A DNA stretch of 61,870 nt from a virus (Duplodnaviria; Caudoviricetes), in IMG/VR virus record IMGVR_UViG_3300018411_000001, positions 1-61,870 of that record. The stretch is one strand, 5' to 3'. Positions 9,501 through 18,500 of the stretch are shown piece after piece (within the stretch, counting starts at the first letter, position 1; each line of letters starts with the position of its first letter). Under the pieces are notes generated by a model. The model had not been told where the DNA came from. It searched no databases and saw only the letters and a list, made by a program, of their open reading frames with translations. The translations under genes were made by a program, and so were the position numbers.

Positions 9501-12500
9501 GCGCACTGGCGTATCCGCCAGCGGGTTGGTGGCAAGCATGCGGGTGCTCAGGAAAGAACCGTCGCCCTTGGTGACCGCATCCAGACCCTTGATCACGGCA
9601 GCGGTAGAGGGCAGGCCGAACACGGAGCGGGCTTTCTGGATGAAACCCCGGATCCATTCCTTGGCCCTGGCAGCCCATCCCTGCTGACCATGGCGAGCGG
9701 CCATGATGCTGGCAGCGTTCACAGCCCAGTATTCGCTGGCGTTGGTCAGCTGGTAGTGCTGGTCGTAATCCAGCAGGCCAGACTCGAATGCCTTCATCGT
9801 GGCGTCACGGGCAGCCTTATTGCCGAATGCAGACAGGCGCAGGGCATCGAGCGCTGCACGTTGCTCCGGGGTAGCCTTCTTGTAAGCGTTCGCCCATGCC
9901 TTGTTGTACTCGGCCGCGATCCCCTTCTGCACGCCTGGCGGCATCATGCGCTCAGTGTGGTGCAGGATCTCGTGGATAGGAGCTGTGTCACGCATCCCCT
10001 CGGTCATCAGCTTGGCGATGCGCTCGGCGCGGTCGTAGCTGGAGCCACCTTTGCTGGAGATGCTGAAACCCAGATCCTCGGCAAGCTGCGGGTTGCGGTT
10101 CAGCGCCCAGATGGCGATGTCTGCTGCCTGCTCGCTGATCTCCCCGCGGCGGCGTGCGCGGTGCAGGCGCTCCAGCACCATGTCAGCACCACGTTGGCGC
10201 TCGGCAGTGGCGCGCTGGAATGCGTTCTCGCGTGACCTCTCCTCCAGCCAGCTGGCAAGCTCGCCCAACTGGTCGGAATACTGCTCCGGTGTCAGCTGCT
10301 CTTTCTGCTGCTCAAGCTTGCGCAGGCGGGCCGCCAGCTGGATACGGTTACCCTCCGGCAGGCGGCTGTACTGGGTATCCATGGCTAGGTCGTTGAAGAT
10401 ATTTGGCTTGTAATGGTCAAATGAACCTGAATTTCCGGTTGCTGATTTTATATTGACAGCATCAAATACTACATATCCTGTCTGATCGCGCCACTCTTTA
10501 TCTCCATGCTGCTTGATGATCAAACCATCAATTCCGGCCATATTATCTAAGTAAGCACTAGAGTCCCCCCAGTGAGGGTTTGCTTTGTGCGCCTTTGCTG
10601 CCGCCCCCCGCGATGGCTGTGATTCTTTCCAATCTAGGCGCAGCTCGGTGAATGTTTCGTAAGGGTTCGGGGTAATCATCCTAACGTATGCAGGCATCAC
10701 CTTTTCACCATAGTCTGCCGCTCGCTCCTTGCTCGAAGTAAACCATGACCCAATAGAATCGAGACCATCCTGCCCCCTGTGAGCAGGTTTCCGATCAAAC
10801 GCATCAAACTCCTTATATGTGCCGTGATACACAACCAGCGGCCTACCGCGCTCATCTACCACCTTGCTGTCACCGAACCAGCGCCAGAAGTTGCGGATCC
10901 CTTCCTCTGTTGGATGAATAGGCTTGCCATTGCTGTTAGTAGTCGGTCGCGACTTGCCGTCCACCTCGATGGTACTGATGGTCAGGTCGTTGAGTTGCGG
11001 CTCTGCTTCATCCGTTGCCGGTTTGGCAACAGCCTGCTCATCAGTTTTCTTTTTCGGGCGCAGCTGCTCGATCACCTCGCCATGGCGGGCGGTTGCTTCT
11101 TTCAGCTGCTCCTCCTTCTGCCATGGCTTGACCTGGGCCTGCAGGGCCGGGATCGCCTCTTGCGCCTTGGTGAGGGCGTCTTCCATCTTCTCGATGGCTG
11201 CCGGCAGGTCGCGCACGGAGTTGGTCAGGCGTACTGACAGGCCGGCCGGGTCTGCACCCACCTCCACTTTGGTGGAATAGGTGCCGGTACCGGACACCTC
11301 CAGTGCGTAGGTCTCTGCGTACAGCTTCTCCAGGGTCAGCTTGAAGCCGCCATAGGTGCCGATCTGACGCATTTCCTCGCCGGTCTGCTCCATCTGCAGA
11401 GTCTGCTGCAGGATCGCCTCGCCAGCATCCTTGCGCTTGTCGAAGGTCTGCCCGTCAATGGTGACCTCAAACTTGGCAGGCTGGGCCAGCTTGTCGTCAG
11501 CGCGCAAGCTTACCAGCTGGCGGTTGATGATCTTGACGTTGCCCTGCTCCATGCCGATCCGGTCACGGATGCGGAACTGGTCGCGGTCATGTGCGGTGCG
11601 CTCGTTCTCTAGGGTGCGGATACGCTGGCGCAGGGACATCTCTTCCAGGATGAGCGGGTTGCCACTGGATGCCGCTTTCATTTCTGCAGCGTTGGCAGCC
11701 TCGCCGGCCACGTCCTCGATCTCCCGGGTGCTGGTATCGCCCTTGCGCACCTGCTCGATAAAGGTGGCCTTGCCCTCGATGGTCTGCCACATGCGGCTGT
11801 CCAGGGTCTGCTTGGTGGCGTAGCGGTAGATCCCTACCTCGAACCCTTCCGGGTCGCGGTCATAGAGCTTGTTACCCTGACGGATGATCCGCCCCTCGCG
11901 CTGCTCCAGGTCAGACGGGCGCCATGGGGCGTCCAGGTGATGCAGGGCCACCAGCCGCTCTTGCACGTTCATGCCGGCGCCCATCTTGGCGGTAGAGCCG
12001 AACAGCACACGCACACGGCCGGTACGGACTTTCGCAAACAGATCAGTCTTTTGAAGGTCTGTCTTCGCGTCGTGGATGAAGGCGATCTCTTCTGCGGGGA
12101 TCCCACGCTCCACCAGCTTCTGCTTGAGGTCGTCATAGACAGAGAAGGCCGATTTGAGCGCGTCAATATCGTCCGGGCTCATCTTGTCCAGCTCTGCCTG
12201 TGCGGGATCCGCAACGGCAGGGTCATTGCTCTCGGCTCTCTCTATCAGGTCGCGCAGGTGCGCAGCCTCATCAGCACGAGCGCCCTTCGGCGTGGACAGG
12301 TCGATAAATACCAGCTGTGCGCCCTTGTCGTCGTGCCAGCGGTCGTAATCCTCCTTGATGTTGTTGGCAGCGAAATTGACCTTGCTGTCAGGGTTGTCCG
12401 GGTAATCAGGGTCGATCAGGCGCATATCCAGCGCGGCCTTGCGGGCGTCGGACATGATCTTGAGCATGTTGTCACCGCCCTTCTCTGCTTTCTTGGGAAG

Positions 12501-15500
12501 GTTCTCGGCGCGGTGAACCAGCGATCCGGACGGGAACTCGTCGGTGTCGTTACCCTCGGCATCCTTGACCGGCTCACCGATATAGGAGGCTTGCCACTGG
12601 GAGCGCTCAACAACCACGTTCTGCGGCTTGCCGCCTTTCACCTTCGGCACCGGCAGGCGCTTGCCCTGTGATGCGAGCATGCGGTTTATGTCGTCGCGGT
12701 TGATGACGTCAGCGAAAGCAGTGTAGCGCTGCATCAGCTCAGGCATGTTCACGAACTTGGCGAACCGGCTATTGAGCTTGTACTGGCCAGACGGGGACAG
12801 CTCCCAGTCGGTGACGACTTCGCCAAACATGCGCGCCCAGGCGTCGAAGTGCGACAGCCCGGACTGCTTGAGGTTGTCGTAATCCAGATAGCGCTGCATG
12901 GTATACATCTCGGCCATGGTGTTGCTGATCGGCGTGCCGGTCGCGAACACCACATTACGGCCCCCGGTCGCTTTGCGCACGACGCGGGTTTTCATGTAGA
13001 GGTCCGTTGATTTCTGGCTGCCGCTGGAGCTGCCAAGGCCTGCGACGTTGCGCATGCCGGTGCTGTAGGCCAGGTTCTTGAACTCGTGTGCCTCATCGAG
13101 GAACAGCGCATCAATCCCCAGGTCATCCCAGTACAGACTGTCATCCTTGTTGCCGGTGTCGAGCAGGGCTTTCAGCTTCTCTTCCATCTTGGTGCGGCGC
13201 TCGGCTGCCTGCTTCACGTTGCGGGACTTCTTGCCCTCGGCGGCCTCAATGGCATCGATAGAGCTGGTCAGATCCGCGATCTCTTCCCGGATGAACTCGG
13301 CTTCTGTCTCCGGCTTCATGCCGACCTTGCCGAATGAGGAATGAGCCACGATCACCGCGTCCCAGTCACCAGTGGCAATGCGCGCAAAGAAGCGCTTGCG
13401 GTTGGCCTTCTCAAAGTCGCGTTTGGTCGCGGCCAGGACGTTGGCGCCCGGGTACAGCTTGATGAAGTCCTTGGACCACTCACCTACGAGGTGGTTGGGG
13501 ACAACGAACATCGGCTTACGGGACAGCCCCAGGCGGCGCAGTTCCATGGCTGCGGCCACCAGCGTGAAGGTCTTACCGGCACCGACTACGTGATCGGCCA
13601 GGGTGCTGCCACCCTGCACGATGCGCCACACCGCGTTGCCTTGGTGCGGACGCAGCCTGATGATGTCGTCGGATATCTTGCCCGGGAATGTCAGGTGTGA
13701 CCCGTCATACTCCCGGCGCACGTCGGTGTTGAACAGGTCGTTATAGAGTCGGCTCAGTGAGCTGCGGCGGGCGTCATCACTCCAGATCCAGCGATCCCAC
13801 TCTTCCTTGACGGCTTTCACCTTGTCATTGGCGAGCTGGGTTTCGGTTTCATTCAGGGTGCGCGTGCCGTCGCGGCTCTCATCATAGACCTGCACCGCCT
13901 TCTGGGCGGCAGCGGCCTCGATGATCTGGCCGACGCTCATGCGGCTGGTACCAAAGCGCGCAGTAGCAGAGCTGGTGGCCTCCAGTTTCGGGAATGACCA
14001 GTTGGCATTGAGCGGGTTATAGAAAGCCTTGTTGCCGGCCTTCTCGGTGAGGTGATCGGCAAAGGCGGACATGGTGTCGGCCGGGATCCAGGTCGCCCCC
14101 GGCTTGACGTTGATATCTACCGCCTCGATATCCTTTGGCTGAACGGCGCGCAGGGCTTCGACGTTGCGGCCATAGGCCTGGCTGGTCTTGGCAGCCTCCT
14201 CGGCTCGTGCCAGCTTGCGCTTGACGTTGCCGGAGAGGTAATGATCGCGGGTCTGCCAGCCGGCATCCGGATCGCTGAACAGCAGATCGCCAAGCTCCTC
14301 GGCAATCTGCTCCTCGGGTTTGCCGTATAGCTGCACCATCATGTCCATATCGACACGGCCACGCTCGGCCAGGGTTGCAACCAGTGCATCCTTGGCAGTG
14401 TTGGCGCTGGTGGGCGCAGAGTACGGTTGCTGGGTGCGCTTGGTGAAGATGGCAGCTTTCACAGCAGACTGCGGGCGGGCCTCTTCGCCGGTGGTCTTGG
14501 CCACGGCAGCGGATACGCCGCGATCATAGCTGTCTTCCAGTGCGGATATCTGCGGCCAGGTCGGGTCATCACGGAACAACAGCTTGTTGGCCTGGCTGTT
14601 GATGGGGCCGTTGCTCTTCACGAAACCGTCATAGGTCTTGTTCAGGCGTACACGGGCCTCCTCGAGGGCGGCCTCACTGGCGGTGTTGGACAGCTGCAGC
14701 TGGCGCAGGCGTGAGAGGTTGTCGCGCAAGCGCAGCATCCCCTTCACGCGCTCCTCGGCCTTGGCGGAACGGAACTCCACCGCCTCGCCGGTGCGCTCGC
14801 CCATCACGTCCTCACCCCTGACCATGACACGGCCATCGCCGCTGATGAACATGGCGCCCACACGGGTGTTTTCAGCCTGCACAGTCTCGCGGGTTTCAGG
14901 TTTGACGGTTACCGCGGCCTGCATGATGCCGGCCGGCAGACGGTTGATAGCAGCGTCCAGCAACTGCAGGGTGTTCTGACCCTCACGGGCCACCAGCGCA
15001 GAGTCACCGGCACGGTACATTGTGCCGAAGGCGCCGAACTCACCCAGCATGTTGTCCGGGTTGGCCATGAAGTATTCATTGAGCGGCACGGTTGCGCCGT
15101 TCTTGTCGGTGAAATCGACGCTGTTCATCCAGCTGGTACCGCTGGGCTTCTGACCCGGGGCGCGGCGCTGCAGGATGATGATGTCGGTCGTTACCTCAGT
15201 GCCGGCATTCTTCGCAAAGGCGCTGTTCGGCAGGCGGATAGCCGCCACCAGATCGGCGCGCTCGGCGATGTACTGGCGGGCCTTGTCGCTGTTGCCGTCG
15301 AGGAACCGGTTGGTTACCACCATGGCCAGCACGCCACCAGGGCGCAGGGCATCGACAGAGCGGGCAAAAAAGTAGTTGTGAATGCTGAATCCTGACAGGT
15401 CCTTGCGGTTGCCGTCGTACAGCTTCTCAGACCCAAAGGGCGGATTGCCCACGGCCACGTCAAAGTAACCGTCCGGGATTGCGTACTCCTGGTACCCCAT

Positions 15501-18500
15501 GCGGGCAATCTTGGCGTCAGGGTAGAGCGCAGTAGCAATGCCAGAGGTGATGCGGTCAAGCTCCACCCCATGCAGGGCAGACGATCCGCGGGCATCCTGC
15601 GGCATAAGGCCAAAGAAGTTACCCACGCCAACTGACGGCTCGATCACGCGGCCACCGGTGAAGCCAAGGCGACCCAGCGCCTTCCACATCCCGTTGACGA
15701 TCTCCGGGCTGGTGTAGTGCGCGTTGCGGGTTGAGGCGGCAGCGGCTGCATACTCCTCTGGGGTCAGCAGGGATTTCAGCTCTGCAACCTGCTTCTCCCA
15801 GCCCTTATTGGCAGTGCCATCAGTGCGCTCGAAAGCGGCCGGTATCCCACCCCACCCTACATACTTGGACAGTGCTGCCTGGTCTGCTGCGGTAACGGCC
15901 CGGCCAGTCTCCTCCAGATCCTTGAGAACACGGATGGCTGCCACGTTGTTGGCGTACTTGGTCTTGTCGCCACCCTGCCCGATCTCCTCGGCATTGATGG
16001 TGAACAGATCGGCCGGCCGGTCTTGAGAGATTACTCCGGCTGCGGGTAGTACGGATCTTCCAGCGGCATCCCCATCACGGCTTGCAGGGCGGCCCCGCTC
16101 TGCTCTGGCCCTTCCTGCTGACTCTGCTCCTCTGGCGGAAACAGGTAGCTCTCCCGTGTCATCTCCCAGGCTTCGTGCTCGGTCATTCCCTGCTGCTCCA
16201 GTTCGTCCATCTCCCTGGCCGTCTGCTGCGCTGCCTGCTGCAGGGCTGCGTCCAGCTTCCCGGACTTCTGCAGCTGCGCGTACAGGCTTGGCCGGTGCTC
16301 CTGCCAGTGCAGGCGAGCTTGACTCACCCAGTTCTGTAGCTGTGCCATTGCGTTCTACCTCTGCGTCAAATTCTGCGACCATCGCATCGAGGCCGCTGGT
16401 GGGTCGGGGTCCAAGTTCATCGGAGGGCCGCTCGGTAGTGGATACCATAGGGGTCGGCTGTTCAACAGGCTGCTTGTTCAGCTTGGCCAGCTCTGCGCGC
16501 ACTGCTTCCGGGCTATCCATGCCATCGATGCTGACATTGCTGTCTTCCATCATATCCCTGGCGCCGTTGTACCAGCTGCGCAGGTAAGGGCGCAGGCGGG
16601 CAAGCGGCATATCCAGATCGGCGGCCATAGCCTTGGCGAAGTCGGAGAACTTGCGGGCGCTGGCTTCAATGTGGAACACGGCAAGCTCGGTACCGATGGC
16701 CAGGATTTCCGGGTCGATACCGCTGTTTAGCTGGGCAAACTTCGCTTTAAGCTTCTGGCGCAGCTCTGCGGCTCGGTCCTGCGACACTAGCTTGTTGTTG
16801 GCGCCGTACTCTGCTTGCTGGCTGGCCTCGGCTTGGACCGGTGCCGTAACTGTTTCTCCGCTTACGCTTTGGGCTGGAAGAACAGATGTTTGGTTCAACT
16901 CTTCAGGGGTGCTTGCAGGTTCAGACTGGGCAGCCACAATCGCCTGCATCACGCCTGCGCGGTCGCTTTCGCTTTTCAGTCCGTTCTTGACGTTGGCGGT
17001 CCACTTCTTCTTCATCGGGTGATCGTCAGGTACCAGCTCAAGCGCGCCCGTGGCCTGCTCGCGCCAACCCCCCTGATTGGCTGGCTTGCCGGAAAGATCA
17101 ATCACCTTGGCTGGCGTGTTGCGCACGCTCTCGCCAGCACTGTTCGCCCAGTAGTCAGCAAGGGGGTCGTCGGTCTTAATTGGGGACTTTGACCCAGCCT
17201 TGTTTTCCCCTTGTTGCGCCGCATGCTCGGCTGTTGCCGTTTCAGCAACAGGCTGGGCACCAACTTTCGACCATTCGACACGACGGGACTTGCCCACCTC
17301 CAGATCCGGCATGCTGACGGTAGCAGTCTCGCCGGTTTCCTGGTTGGTGAGGTAGGTGGTGCCGTTCTTCTCGATCCGGTCTACGGTGTAACGCGCACCA
17401 GGCTGGAGCCCACCGACTTCACCAGACGGTGACACGGTTTGACCTACCTCGCCCACCAGCTTCTTGACCCGATTGACGCGGGGATTGCTCGCCGCCTTCT
17501 TGGGTGCTGCCGGCTTGGGCACCTCTGCAGTGGATGCGCGCAGCTCAAAGCGTCCTGGCTGTACCTCTTGCGGGGCGTAGCCGGTGAGGCCCTTCTTCTC
17601 GATGTGGGCTGCTGCCTTCTCTGCGGTGCTGAACCACTTCGGTTTGCCATCGGCACCGAGCACGGTGTCAGCCTGCTGGGCTGGCTGCTCTTCAACTACT
17701 GGCGCCTTGGCTGCCTGCACCTGGGCATCGAGCACGCGCTCAACCTTGCGGCGCTCATCAGAGAGGCGCTTATCCCAGCCGCCATTGGTCTTGGCCTGAC
17801 GAGCCAGATAGCGCATGCGGTCACGCAGCTCACCTTCATCCATCTGTTCCAGTGACTTCTGAGCGGGGGCTTCTTCCTTGACGGCCGGTTGCGCCGGTGA
17901 ACTGTCAAGGATTTCTCCAGTGTTCGGGTCTACACCCTGCTCTTGCAGGGCCTGCTCGATAGCGGACTGGCGCTCCTGGGTCTGCTGCTCCTCGACCTGG
18001 GCGCGTTCTGCCTTCACCTCTTCCGGGGTGCCTGCATCCTGCATCTGCTGATCGGTGGTGACCTGCGGGGCGGCAGCGGCTGTGATGTCCACTTCGTCAG
18101 GGCTGACAGTGTACGGGGTGCCATCTTCGCCACGAACGGTAACACCGCCGTCGCTTTCGTAGCGCTCAACAGTGGCCACCAGTGCAGACTGGGGATCGCC
18201 CTTGGCCTGCATCTGGATAGTGGCGCCAGGCTCACCGGCCCAGAAATTGCCATTGGCGGCATCAGGTTGCTGGGCAGTGCCGCGGGCAGCACGCTCAAGC
18301 GGGCCAGCATCGTCTGACAGCCCGGTATCATCCCGGCTCGGCGTGGGGGCGGCGGCAACCGCCTCCTCCATAGCAGCCTGTTGCGGGTCTACCTGTGCGG
18401 CTTCTTGTGCGGGAGGGATATCTGCTGCCGGGCCTTGGCCAGCTCGGGGGGCAGCTGCACCCATGCCGGCACCCATGATGCCGCCGACCGCAAGGCCACC

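Noticed and set aside
16860-17210. Second possibly foreign segment in the giant gene
   Set aside because: Only a slight compositional shift by eye, with no clear boundaries or motif
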